Assembly: GCA_903813345.2 (NCBI GenBank)
Contig: CAIIXF020000001.1
Location: 30,008,001-30,072,000, forward strand
Direction of reading: 5' to 3'
DNA from: Owenia fusiformis
Lineage: Eukaryota
DNA length: 64,000 nucleotides
Below are positions 24,517 through 38,286 of the stretch, piece by piece; the stretch's first letter is position 1, and each line of letters begins with the position of its first letter. Below the pieces are notes generated by a model that ran no database searches, was not told where the DNA came from, and saw nothing but the letters and a program-made list of their open reading frames with translations. The position numbers and the translations under genes were made by a program.

Positions 24517-26876
24517 AAATATCTATATAAGTACGTATTTTTGCGATACTTATTCATGTACTTATAACGTATAGCTATACGCATAAACATAAGTTATTCC
24601 TTCACGTATGAGCAAAATCTCTAATATCATCTTGACATATTTCAATTATTCATGATTTTCGGAGATGAAACAAGAAGGTAATGTTGCACAATGCTTCGTG
24701 TCAATCACTCGGTTTTGCCATGTAGATGTGAACTCCCCATGACTCGCCCTATTTGTAACATGCACCAAAGTAATGTCAATTAAAATTCCAAGTGCCATGA
24801 TCATGAATTAATTTCATGATATTTTACATGTGACAAACAGCACAAGTTCAGATGTTCATTTAAGGTGTGACTTGTATAATGTAGTTTGCGTAGGAACCAG
24901 TAGAATTGCACTTATTGACAGAGTGATCGGTCAAACTAGGACACTGAAATGTTGGTTTTAGATGTTTAGCACCTACATAATTGATGTAAAATAATAATGA
25001 AGTGAAAAGCGCAGATTATGAATATTTTGATACCAGGATATATATATTATTATGTATTAATCGAGCATATCCTGTGTTTGTTTTGCTTATGCTGTGTTCT
25101 TATTTCTTAACACCTCGCATCATTCCCATTATTGTCAAATGTCTTGTTTTCATTGATGTCATTATTTGGCTTGGTGCTTTTCTGAAAGGACACGTATATT
25201 GCAAGGGTACATTTTATAAATGAAATTGCAAACCTGATCATCATTTAAAAAGAAATATTTTAGTTGCATATATGAATTAATTCTTTGGTATGATATGCCA
25301 AGGAAATTTAAAATGCATCTGCGCGACCTTGGTGCTTTGAATTCCAATACCCATGGTGTTGAACTCCCCAGGGGCAGAATTCAGATCTTTTTGGAACTAA
25401 GCATATGTTTGTGTTTCAAAAAATATGCTGTGTTTTTACCTCTGTGTTCAACGGTTATCTTAGATATGTTTTGTTTGAAAATATGTGGTCTTACTTGGTA
25501 GGATTAGGGCATAAAAATGTGAGTGTCACTGTCCCCTGCCAAGATCTAATATCTGCCTCTTACCATTACCTTATGACTATCACAATGTGTTTGTTTGCAA
25601 TGAAATAGTCACATATAACTTTTCAGTTGTTTTGAATGTTACATACTTCAGTATTATATTATTTTCTCATATGTTCACAGTTTGTAAGCAATTTCGAGAA
25701 GTTGATTGATTTGTTGAATTTTCAGAATTTTATGAGTTAATTTGTGTATTGTTAAAAATGCCAAAATTGATGTTTTGTTATTATTTGCTTGATTGTTTAC
25801 TGTGAAAAGTGTATAATACACTGAAAATATGTATAGTACCTTGTTATATTAGCTTGTAGCTGTATAGTTTTAGTATGCATATAAAGTGAAGATTGTGAGA
25901 CATATTATATCACTAATCGTGAGACAACTCATTTTTACTCCATTCTCCATTGCAATGATCGAGCTGAGCTTTCCCACTGCTCATAGGAATTCTTGAGAAT
26001 GTGTTTATTACCCGTGTGCTAAAACCACTGCCAATAGTGATTTAAATGTTCGATGAAAATGATTACATATATTATAATGATGAGGAATTATATAAAGTGT
26101 ATATAAATATTTTCATATTGCAGAAAGAAATGTTTTGACTGCTTGAATTTAAACCATGACTGGAGAATTAAGCATATCGTTTTGTGAACTATTATTGGTA
26201 CAATCTTATCATAGGGGCCTGAAAAAATCCATTACATTTTCACTTAACAAACCAATACATGTATGTGAAATATTTGACAAAATATGGTGTTTTTTATCAG
26301 CTGAAATATATGTAATATAATTATGAAAATGGGCTCTCTATGTTAAATTGTCCCTTTAATAGACAATATTAAGTGAGATATTGTATTATTGTCAAGCTTT
26401 CTCATGTGTTGGTATTTTTTACCTGCTTTCAAATTGTACCTGTATGGTCTCAATATTGTGAAGAAAAATAAATATCTTCAATTGTAAAATGAATTTGCCT
26501 GTCTGTATGAAAATACCAAATATACAGTGCTTCTACTTTTGGTGCCATTGATTTTAGCAATTTTCAAAATGTTGGTCAAAATTTAATATGTCGTGTGATC
26601 ATTCAATTTCATATTTGCCTGTATCTGTGCAATATTAAACAAAAGTTATCCAGTTTTTCTGAATCCAATTCAAAATTGAAATGTTCTTGCAGAAGAGACA
26701 TACAGACTCTGCAAGAAATATCTGAAATTTGAAGAGAGACTTTTAGGAAATACCTCATGGTGTCTTTTTTATCAAAAAGACCAAACAAGTGGGCACCAAG
26801 GTAGAAATGCAGTATATAAAAAGTGAACACTTTAAAATGTAAAAAACTTCATAAGTACATTACGGATCTCTCTTCA

Positions 26877-26936
26877 ACACCCATGTTAATATGTGAACAC
26901 CCATGTTAATATGTGAACACCCATGTTAATATGTGT
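26877..26936. repeat. 20-bp tandem repeat x3 (aacacccatgttaatatgtg)
   Basis: Three direct copies. Confidence 0.9.
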
Positions 26937-28196
26937 ACCTCATTGTGAACACCTTCCACAGCACATATAGATTATTTCCTAACATTTAGACATTTGACAT
27001 TTTTCTAGACAATTAAAATCAATTAAATATTTTGACAATAATTGTCATTTTCGAATTTTGATGCATATCTTTTTTCCAATCTTGCATTCAGTGATTTTTA
27101 TCTCAACTTTTTCTGAAGAAAAAAGAATCACTATTTCACAGATAGATAGATGTCATTGCTTTATTTTGGGATAACAATTTGTGTTTTGCCATTAAATCTT
27201 TATAGTCCAAAGCATGATTTTGGATGGTCATTCTTAATTATCAAGGTCCCCCTTCATCTAATTGATAGTTCTTCAAGAAAAAATGATGTGGGATGGTGAC
27301 ACATTGAATTGTCAACAGTTTGAATTAGTCAGCCCTTCAGACACCTGAATTACCTCCTACCTGGTTATGCGTCATATGACTGAGGGGGCATCTAAAAATG
27401 ACTTCCTTGTTCAATAGTTCACCCTTTGAGTTATTTTGGTTTCTATTGATTTTTGTTACAGATAAACAATAACTTTTAAGATGATGTGTTGTGTTATGTA
27501 GTTTTGAAGTACAGTATGTTGCTTGAAGTTTGGCTTGGGAAAATCATCCTTTTAGAAAACATTTTTAAACTCTCTCAATATTGCCAATGTTCAAAGTTTT
27601 TTCATGTGATAATAGGGAGTTTAAGCTTGCATATAAAATCAAAACGCCAACCTATACGTATGACTAATTGCCCATACAAATGCATCGCTTAAATATTTTT
27701 TGTTCACATTTAGGTTGTGAAAAACATTGCAAGCTTAACTCCCTATTAAAGGTAGAATCTGACATTAACTTGATCCAAGTGTAACCCTTATTGTGCCTAT
27801 TTTCTATTTTCAAAATACTCATAAGTTCATAAGAGGATACCAAAATACAGAGATTTTTTGTCATCAGAAAAATAGATGTTACATTGAATTTACCTTCTCT
27901 GGTAAACATACAGATACAGTAACCAATCACCATTAGCTGTCAGCATGACTACATCAGGATTCAGGAACTTACTTCACTTATTCACACTTGGTCACTCTGA
28001 CTTAGTGATGAAAACATGTGAGAATGATAAAATCTGAAATAACTTCATTTGATAAGACATAAGTCATTTTCTGAGATTTCGTGTTCGTGGTTGTGAACAA
28101 TATGGATGTTATGTTACTCCCTAAAAATTAAAGACCAAAAGACAAAAGCAGGAACAATTTTTTTTCTATTTTTGATCTATAATCCTGCTACTACAG

Positions 28197-28615
28197 ACTC
28201 CCGTGCAGTGATATATCACTGCGGCGGGCAGGTATCTCATCGTAAGCATGGTAACGTCGTAATAAACAACTGACGTGATTGGTTCTAGTCCCATGCTCAG
28301 GTCGTGTGATTGTAAAATTTAGACAATTTCATTGGTTGAATTGCGCGTATTAACTAATAAACAACACGTGCAGTAAACTATTATCAACACAACTTTTACT
28401 CAGAATTCCTTCCGTGGTGATTTCTTCTCATATTTCAATAATTTTGAGATATTTTGACAGAATAATGATTGGGGAACATTCATGAATACAGTACATATTT
28501 TATAAGTTGTGTGAAAATTGACCACATACGATGAAAAGGGGAACTATTTTCACCAAATTTTTTTTTTCTTCATCTGCCCCCCACAGTGTCTATACCGAGA
28601 CACTGCGTGGGAGTT
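28197..28615. mobile_element. MITE-like element with terminal inverted repeats
   Basis: actcccgtgcagtg...cggcgggcag versus ctgcccccacagtg...cactgcgtgggagt. Confidence 0.5.
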
Positions 28616-30187
28616 GCCTGCTACTATAGACTGGAGAGCACTGCAGCAAATAGCTATACTAGGTCAGCAGTAAGGATCAGGATCTACTTGCATGGCATCA
28701 ACATGGTTAAATATGTTGCTAGACTTTAAAAACAACCAACCAATCATTGATTTCTGTTGAATAGCATGTTAGGGGTGTGTTAACCTTGGAAATATCTTGA
28801 TTTGTGTGCTATAATAGATCTATTATTCATTAGAGTACATAAGAATCAATTCAAGACTAGAGTATATCATAAGGATTAATAAATACTTTGCATTGTTTAA
28901 TTCATGCAATAGGTCCATCTTTAGTCATGAAGAAATGAGAAATGATTTGCAGACAGCCAATGATGTGGTTAGCTATCTAAAAATATCTTAGCTTCATCCC
29001 TAGATCCTGGATGTATTGTGATGAACATGCTCCATAGGCATGTTCCATATTAAAGATGCTTATGGAATGTTAGATACATGCAGTAAATCATGTATTAGCC
29101 AGCCAATGCTCATACCCAAGGCAACCTAGCTCCTTGATAATTTATCTCAATTTAATTGATTAAAATAAACAGTATTTCTCCAGGTTTTTGTCTATGTCAG
29201 GCCAACAGTTCAATTAAAGATATCAGTCACATTTTCAAGTATTTTGAGGTACCGGTACTTTTAAGGTCACAGTCACTTGGAAAATAGAATAATATATAAC
29301 TCATGTGAGATTCACCTTAACTTGGTAATGAAGTAGTTAACCTTTGATTTTTCATATAAGTCCACTCATTAAACTATTCAGAGGATCACTCATCTATCTG
29401 AGGGAGTATGAAATTAAATTGGTTAATGCTTAAATATAGAGTCTATTGGCTTTGGGGGTGTGTTTATCAAACTTGAAAACTTTCCAATTTTATCAAAAGG
29501 TACCTGGCTATTTCTGATGATTCTCGTGTCAAGTTCGTTTACAATAAATAAACAAGATACATGTGTCTCGGATTTAATTTAAATATATTTGATATATTTT
29601 TAATAAATTAAAAAACTATAATACATATAAATAAAATGATAAAGACGAATGTGAATAAACACACTTGAAACAATACATTATATATAATCTCTTCAAAAAC
29701 AATTCACAAATTTATGGGGCAACTTAAAAATGTACATTCCATCCATGAACCCATTCCTATTTCACAAGGATTCTATTTGAACATGTAAATACTTAAAAAA
29801 TTAATTAATAACGAAACAAAGGCACTCTAACCACTAAAATATTACATGGTTCTGCCTGTGTAATTTTGCACTAGAAAGGAATGGCGACATGGTGTGTAAG
29901 GCAAGGATGAATTGTATAGCTGACTACGTTATGTATTAATATGAATTGAAAAGTTGAAGATTTTTTGTCCATGGATATATGCATGAATGATGTATTTTGA
30001 TTTGGATTTCGATGCCCCATCATGTGGAATGAATGGCAAAATTGCACAGAGTATTCTTAAATAGTTTCTCTTTAACTTCTAGCATAGTAGCTGCATTGTG
30101 TTTATTCAATGATTATCATGGCTACATAAGCTTTTTTCAGTTCTTTGGGAACTCCCTGACATCAAATAATTATAGCACTTTTACTGT

Positions 30188-32235
30188 CTATACTGTTTTT
30201 GTGACTAATTTGATATCATTGTCCAGTTTGTTATTTGTATGGCGTTTGCTATGTTTTGCTAAGTGATCACTCCTCATAAACCGCCGATCACATGTTGTGC
30301 AGACAAATTTTTTCTCGCCTGTATGGGTACGTTTATGTCTCGAGAGTTCATCGGATCTAGCAAACTTCCTTTCACAGTTCTCCCACTGGCAGACAAATGG
30401 TTTCTCCCCTGAAGATACAATAGACATTTCATAAGTATTTATTTACACAAAGTACCTGATATTTATCATAAGTGCATATCATGTTATAATATTGTGTTAA
30501 CATATCACTGATTGAATGTGCATTCAGTGATCACTCGCTGTATGAATGGAACAAATATGATAAATGGCTTATATGAACTTTAATCAGGTAGGTGATTGGA
30601 TAACTGAATTATCATGTGACTACTAGATGTACAATCAATCACTACACTGTTTATATCACTGCCACAAAAAGGACACGTGAATGTACACACGTAATGGGCA
30701 GATGTGTTGTTAAATCCCATGTACATGATATTGACCAGGCTGAGGCCATGAACAGTACACCCACCTTTTACATAGTTTGCACCTAATTCACTTATCATTT
30801 ACATTAGTTCATAGTTTTGAATAATTCCTTACCTGTATGAGTTCTGATATGGGCCTTCAGATGAGAACTTTTGAAGTATGTTTTGTTGCAGTTTGGGAAA
30901 CTGCAGACATGACTTCGCTGACGCATTGTGAGATTATCGGTGGAGATCTTTTCAGGAATGGGGGTTGTTACTAGGGGTGCTGGGGCAATACGGCAAAGTT
31001 TATTGTCCCCTCCATTAGTATTATTGTTCACAACAATGACCTGCACAATAGGCGCATTGCTTATGGGTATCAGTGTACCCTGAACATCTGCATACATTAC
31101 TGGTAGTCCATTTATTGGCATTCTCTGCTCACTATTGATGGATACCTTGTTAATATTGAATGCATTGTTCTCTAATTGTTGGGGTACATCAGACTTTATG
31201 GCAATGTTTTGATAAGTTGAAGTTGGAGTCAATGGCGGGGTCGATGAAACAGGAGATGATGTCATCATTCTTGGTGCAAACTGGTTTGAATGAGGTTGAC
31301 TGTATGGTACATGGCTCGTGCAAATAGGAGACGATGTTCTTGAGATCGGCATGGTCAGAAAAGATTCGTTGGAATTACTGTTATTGAAGTTCATCGATTC
31401 TTTGGTCATGTAGTCTGGAGTGGGTGGGGGTGTGGAGTAAGAGATACTGAAGTTTTCAACTGGTGTTTCTGGCATTGCTCTTGCCTCAGTAGCACCAATC
31501 AAATGAGGCAGTGACATGTCATCATATGGCGGCATTCTTTTACCCATTAGCAACTGAAAATAAATAATTACATTTATGAATTTACCTATCATAAAGGACT
31601 ATCAAGGCAATTCATACTTTAACAATGCCAAAATATTTTACAAAAAACTATAATATAATTTTAACAGGATAAGTTCATTTTCATTTATTTATTGTAACCT
31701 CTATTGTATCAAAAAACAGGATGTAAACTAGTTAAAGTGACGTAAACTAAAGGCTTTATCCATAACTGGTTCTGTATCAGAGTGACATGACCGAGACATC
31801 AACCTATTTAACAACAATAAACAACAGTGAGTGAACTAAAATTACATTTTAATGGCTAAAGAAGGAAAATAAAAAACAAACCTGGGCAAGCTTAGAACGT
31901 TTCTTGAACGGTAGACTGGAGCAGGCCATATCCCGCATCATTGGTCTTTTGCGTGGGGGTAGCGACATATTCCCTTCTGGTCGAAGCTCTGTTCGTTCTG
32001 AAGGTGCGGTTAACCAAGTGTCGTTTGATTCACTGTCAGATTCGCTTCTACTCGGTGATGAACTTCCTTGCGACTGAGGTGTCATGGGTGCAACATCTAA
32101 GTTTGGTGATGATGGACCACGTATTGAAAGCAATGTATTGATTGCGTCGCACTCAACTAAAGTCCTTGAAGTAGCCGAATCTGCACTACATGCCTCTCCA
32201 TCATGATAATCATCCTCTCTACCAGTTGTCAACAT
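30188..32235 (-). CDS. KLF10/11: Krueppel-like factor 10/11 (TIEG/cabut orthologue), 431 aa, three C2H2 zinc fingers
   Basis: complement(join(32235-31882,31553-30833,30408-30188)), 1296 nt. The fingers [12 protein letters not shown] / [10 protein letters not shown] / GEKKF..FMRSDHL are characteristic of KLF10/11. There is also an N-terminal Sin3-interaction-like helix ([11 protein letters not shown]), an MTP motif and an IAPAP repression-domain motif. Confidence 0.92.
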
Positions 32236-32616
32236 TATGTCTGAAATACATAACAACGATTCATAATCAATGATCATGCATTCATTGGCTGTTTCAATGG
32301 TATTCAAGACCCACCCATGGCCACACATCCCATCATCAAGGCTACCATGCTTCCCTAGCATGATCAGGTGTAGTAATCTACCAGTACTAAGTCAGCCACA
32401 GTTCACATGCCATGAGCATGATGAAAACAAACAATATATTCTATGTTCTGGCCTACATAAATGGTTTTATTGATCCATTATAGTATTCCGAAGACTTTTG
32501 ATAATCTATTAAGGATAAATTAATGTAAATCTGCAATTACAGCGCATTCAAAATTGATTTTTGATTTTGATTTTGCAATTTTCCCATTGAACAGCTGATA
32601 TGTAAGCATGACTTAC

Positions 32617-32800
32617 CAGATACTTTCGCTTTCTTTCGAGTCGATTTCTCCACTACAAATACGAATAAATAGATTTTCTCGACTCGGCTTAGTTGTACGT
32701 TCCCTTTGTCTCTTTCTGTATCATCTATATCTTCAATAGTCCGATTGAATCGTTACAAAACTGTTTTGCTGAGATGAAAATTGAATATTACTCTGTCACA
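32617..32800 (-). other. KLF10/11: Probable non-coding first exon of KLF10/11
   Basis: Strong donor CTG|gtaagt at 32617/32616 and acceptor tttcag at 32241 just before the ATG. It lies directly downstream of a promoter motif cluster. The 5' end is approximate. Confidence 0.6.
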
Positions 32801-32829
32801 TAATTCTAATGTGTACAAAATATGATTCA

Positions 32830-33045
32830 AGGAGAGGGCGGGGTTGAATTATCCAATCAAATTGTAGTGTGTGCCTGGATTGAGCCAATCAAATCCATTT
32901 GTGCATGTGATCAGGTCCTGTTCAAGGCCAAATGTTCACGTGCTCGAGCTGTGTTACTACCATGGTCTGGAAACTGAAGCTGACGCAAGGGGCATGCCAT
33001 GGATCAATCCTTGTCCTTATATCGGGATAAACACACACCCCCTCT
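32830..33045 (-). promoter_or_regulatory. KLF10/11 proximal promoter: GC box, two CCAAT boxes, E-box, CRE-like half-site, CACCC box
   Basis: GGGCGGGG at 32836-32843, CCAAT at about 32853 and 32885, CACGTG at 32937-32942, TGACG at about 32981 and CACACCC at about 33034, all clustered just upstream of the putative first exon. Confidence 0.55.
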
Positions 33046-33374
33046 CAAATTTGCATATCTGAAACCTTATCTTTGAACAATTTTACTACGGTGTCTAACA
33101 GTAAATCTCTTTGCAATCATCCCAAAAAAATAAAAAAGTTTCAAATTAATGAAAATGTGATAACTGGTTGTCGGACTTTCAGGTCATGCCGGCCGGTATT
33201 GAGTGACTATTATTATGCGTTTTTCGCTATATCGGTTTAGAATCTCACAACAAAAAGAGTTTACTTCAGAAACATCTGATGGTAAATTTTTAAAAACTTT
33301 AAAAGTTAGAAAAGTAACGGGAATGAGGCATTGAAAATCATGCTGGATATAGACTTTATATCAGGATGATTCAC

Positions 33375-33525
33375 AGGTGCTCATACCCCCATGAATGTGG
33401 GGGTGTTTTGTCTTTTTCTTATTTTTGACATTTAGTGATAGTATGCCTTATCAAAATCAAAAATTAAAAAAAGCAAACCCCCGCAAACCGAGCCCACATT
33501 CATGGGGGTAAGGTACTCCATGGGT
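33375..33525. repeat. Short palindromic MITE
   Basis: tacccccatgaatgtggg pairs with cccacattcatgggggta. Confidence 0.65.
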
Positions 33526-36139
33526 GATGAGAGTTCCCGGCAATACAGAACAGAGAAATCACCCGGGAGAAAGCACCTATTGGATAATCCTTTGATTTGT
33601 TGGTCAATTTTAGTTGAATTTAGACATTTCTGCATTCTCCTTTTCACCTCTAACAATTAATATAGACATTTCTAACTTCCGTATTTCTTTATTTCCATAT
33701 AAAACAAATTACAAATAACATAACCATTTTTCTTATCAGTTCATAATCAAACAGAAATTCTAAATTTGGATGGTTCCCTTTCTTAATTTACTAATTACAT
33801 TGATATATTACAATTTTCACAATTGTTTGATTCTTTCTCTTTCATTTTATAAAGTTATCTTTTATAAACATCTTCCTCAATCCAATTCTTTAAGTCGAGT
33901 CTAGCTATAAGTCATTATGCCCCCTCCCCCCTCCCCCTACACACCTCCCAACACACCTCCTTTATGTAAAAAGTATTTATATCTGTGTAGTCAAAGAGTG
34001 GGAAGGGGTCAGAGGGGCTTGCAATGAGACTATTCCATAATTTTATTTATTTTACCACTTTACCACTGCATTGAACTTAATTATACAGTATCTTAGCTTC
34101 AATCGGTTAACATTCTGATTTATCAGAGTCCCTCTTTACCTAACGCTTTTGAGAGAAACTATTCCAAAAGGATAGTAAAGGCTGTGGATCCCACAATGTG
34201 AAGTTAATGAACTGGCTAGAGCAAATAATTCAGTTCCCCAGTTATTGACTAATAAAAACATCCAATCCAAATCATTCCTGACATCTTTTGACAAACTTGA
34301 TAAATATATAAAACGAGATTGACAACATGAAGTATGTAGAGTAAAACTAGCTATGTGGAACATCTCTGTGGAACACCTTGCAAGTGGAACACTTTTATCC
34401 ATTTTAAAACCCATTAACTTAATGTCAATTGAACCTGTGTTAAGTTGAACACCATCAAACTCCTAAATAAACATGAGATATTTTCCATTTCTTATTAGTT
34501 CTGGCAATTGTCATGCAATATCCTAGATGCGAGTAGAAATAATCTTGATTTAAGTCATTAAAAATTCAAAATTCAGTCAAACTGATGTCATATTTGGAAT
34601 GTACATGTAAAATTACATCTAGAAATATGGTTTTGAAAAGAGTTTATCAACTTTGAAAATTTAATTTTCTTTGAAAATGTGACTTCTAGGTCGGGGAGAT
34701 TCCCCATAGCCCCCATGTTGTAAAATCACAAAAAATGGAAATATCTTTTCTTGTGTTGGGCAGATAATATTTTCTTTTACTGGACATATTTTAATTTGTA
34801 TAACTATGAGATACATAAGGGTAATATGAAAAGTGAACCACTAAAACTGATAACTATTCAAGTTTAAGGGAATTTTGTAATACCCTGCCATGTTATTTCC
34901 CTTGAATCAGCCACCTGGTGGCGAAACTGGTAACTACCTACTCGCATCTGAGTAATTGGACAAATCCAATATATGCTTTTTAGCTCACATGGTGATCTAT
35001 TATTACCATCCAATTATTCTTTATGTCACAATATTTATTTATTAACTCAAAGTCAATATTAGTTTTCGGGTGGTGATATAAATATCAACTGGTTGATAAA
35101 AATGATATCTCTCAAAATCATATAATATCATGGACAGACCATGTACAGTATGGAATACAAAGTGGTCACTCATCAACCATATGGGCCTTATAGAAATCCC
35201 ATGATAAAATGCACTACTGAATGAAATGATCAAATGTGATACGAATGGGGAATCCCCAATTGGGCTACTTCAAGTAATCTATTTTTACATTTGTCTAGTA
35301 CACTTTGCCCTTGGTTTTAAACTTCTGACATCATTTTATAATTTGGAATAACAAAGTCCACAAGATAAAGACGGTGTAAACACCTTTGGAACTAGGTCAA
35401 TATTACTGACAAACATAATAGTAATCTGGGATAGGGTTAAATTCGACTACATTACAGTCTGTCAGCCAGAGGTTTCTGCCAGCCTACGATTTTAAAAGAA
35501 AGCACCACTTATGGTGAATGATGAATGTTTAATATTACATTTTGAGCTCTCAACAATACTATTTCTCTACATCCATCCCCTTGAAGAGAATTAAAGGAGG
35601 ATTGGCTCCCAGAATGCAATCTCGATATTTTCCGACAGTGAATCTAATCTTTAAGGATGTCATGATTTTCACATCAAATTTTGAATCGCAAATTTCGGTC
35701 TTATTACATAACAAAAAGTTCTAACATTTTCATTGTTGGAAAATATAAAGTTGTGTCCCTGGGCGCCAATATGCTCCTTGAAGAGGATTGGGTTAATCTG
35801 GAACATTATTATCTAATTTTCAGATTTTTATTCTCAAATACTCATTCCAACATTATTTGGCACTGACTTGTCTTTGCATATAACATGAGAAATTGTTAAT
35901 ATCATTGAATATTTTATTGCACTGTATAGATTAAACATATATTTATTCAAAACGGTTTAACCTTGCAAATTGACATACTGCCATAATTTTATACAGTTCT
36001 ACAAAATCAAATTGGACGGCCTGAAAATGTATAAACGAGACATTACAAATTCATAAAATTTAAAATATATGATTTTCCCACAGATATGATATTTATTTAC
36101 AATATGTCTCTGATTTACAGAACTAAAATGAAATATATG

Positions 36140-37115
36140 TTATGGGAGGTTTTGGATATAGGATATATCCTGAGGGTAATATAGATATCTTACCAAGGGC
36201 TTGTGGGGTCCAAGGTAAGATATCATATTTCCAGAGAGATATACCCCATATTCAAAACTGAGCATCACATAAATAATTTATCCTATGACAAGTGAGGTTT
36301 TCAGGACACTCATATCCAGGTTTGTTTTCTTTAAAGCGTTCTCATTTTTGAGAAATCAATCAACATTTTGGTAAAAAATTCTACTGTCTTCAACATCCAT
36401 TTCGACAGTTTTGCTATATAGCAAGATATTCTAACAAATTGACTGTTTCTAGACACTGAACAAAAATGTATTCCCAGGAACATTGGAGTGGGAGATATAT
36501 GTGTCCCATTCCCTCGAGATATCAATTCTATATCCTGTGTTATGTACCTGAAACCTCACTTGTCATAGGATAAATATGTTTATCCCATACTTGGACGTGT
36601 TACGGGTACATAAAGCCGGTTTGTAAAAACTTATATTTTCATCAGCGGGCAGATATAGCTTTACGTCCCGCTCCGAGCGGGCAGATATAGAATATCTGCC
36701 CGCTACGTCATAATCGCTGTTCCCGTATTGGTTCTTTTTTTGTAACGTTCGCATACTGTAAACGACAATGGAGAAAAACGCAAACAATCGATCGCGATCT
36801 GTTTGATGCTTTAGAGAAGGGAAGGAGCAGTATGCCCCGTTAATAATCAAATATTTGAACAGGAAAATCCGGCTACAGACAAGAATAAAAAACTGGACAT
36901 GAATATTTTAAAATAATTCCACGATTGGTTGCAACAATTGAACAATGTGATTGGTATGGGATAAACAGATCATCCTATAGTCGGTTCAGGATATTGGGAT
37001 TATCCCTTGGCCAATATAATATATCTTCCCTCGGGACCTACGGCCCTCGGGCAGATATATTATATTGGCCTCAGGATAATCCCAATATCCTGAACCTCAT
37101 ATAGGATAATCTCTA
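36140..37115. mobile_element. Hairpin-ended non-autonomous elements (Crypton-like by inference): 36140-36580 with internal inverted repeat and 36580-37115 ending in a ~140-bp palindrome
   Basis: tttatcctatgacaagtgaggttt (about 36277) is the inverse of aaacctcacttgtcataggataaa (about 36551). The palindrome 36971-37110 is centred on ccctcgggacctacggccctcggg. Confidence 0.6.
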
Positions 37116-37374
37116 TGTACATCCCATCAATAAATGTCAATTAAATTTGTAATTAATGTTATACATATTTTGAACATTGATTGCATCTTGTTAAATTAGA
37201 ATCTAAATATATACATGTACATATAATGGTTTGCACAAGTACTTATATTTCATTATACACTTGCCCTTTCTTGTATCCTAATGCATATCTCACCCTGTAA
37301 ATATTGGAGCATTGTCTGGTCTAAGGGCTACATAAAGTCATATCCCATATTTAGCATGAGGCACTATACAAGTT

Positions 37375-37530
37375 CAGTGAAACCTGCCAAGTGGAATACC
37401 AATGTAAGTGGTACACTTTTCCATCCCCATTGAGTTAATTGTAATTGAGCCTCTATGAATGAAACACCTCCAAAGTGGTAGAACACTGTTTAGATGAACC
37501 AAGGGTGTTCCACTGATACAGGTTTTACTG
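37375..37530. mobile_element. Small Tc1/mariner MITE
   Basis: cagtgaaacctg...caggttttactg|ta TIRs; a related fragment lies at about 34370-34460. Confidence 0.75.
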
Positions 37531-38095
37531 TACATACTAATTTCAACTGGACGGAAAATAAAACATTTAAATTGGACGTATCTGTGTGTCAGACAATCAG
37601 TGTTAATAACATACCCTTATACATTCAGTATACATTTATATAGAATTCAAAAATCAATTTGGACGGATATATGTGTATATTTAAGCGATACAGGTACATA
37701 CATATAAAAACAGAAATAATACACAGGACTAAACAAAATTGCAATTATTATGAATACTGAATATATAATTTACTGAACCCATGTTTAATTTGGCAAGTAT
37801 TTTAATTTGTCTAATTTGGCAATTTTATAAAATTCTGTCAAGGTGACCAAAAATGCCAAATTAAATAACAGCAAAATTCCAAAACCCAAGAAGAAACCAA
37901 ATAAATGATGCCAAATCAAAGATGAAAACATTATTTATAGATTGGATTCTAAGATTAACATACATATTTTAGTTTCAATACTTCAAGACTAAACTGTGCT
38001 TCATATGATTTCTTCATCCATAAAATGAAGAATAAAGATTGATAAAGTTAAAAGTATATAATATCCTTGAGAGATTCATAAATACAGTAATTATA

Positions 38096-38164
38096 CAGTA
38101 AAACCTGTAAAGTGGAACACTTTTTAGAGGTAACAAAGGTGTTCCAATTACACAGATTTTACTG
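38096..38164. mobile_element. Minimal Tc1/mariner MITE (TIRs only)
   Basis: ta|cagtaaaacctgtaaagtggaacac...gtgttccaattacacagattttactg|ta. Confidence 0.75.
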
Positions 38165-38286
38165 TATATTACATGTATGTAGTATTTATAAGTGATACAG
38201 TGCATCAAAATATTAGCATTTTTGATATTCATTTTTGGAATCAGTCTGTATCCTAATTATGATTTACAATAATTATTTCATATAAC

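Noticed and set aside
31849-32361. ORF-track start at 32361 for KLF
   Set aside because: A tttcag acceptor at 32241 and the ATG at 32235 fit better; the upstream part is probably intron.
37785-37870. TTTGGCAA (vertebrate miR-182-type seed) twice behind TRPN
   Set aside because: The matches lie in an AT-rich palindromic MITE-like segment (aatttggc.../gccaaatt), so they are explained by repeat structure.
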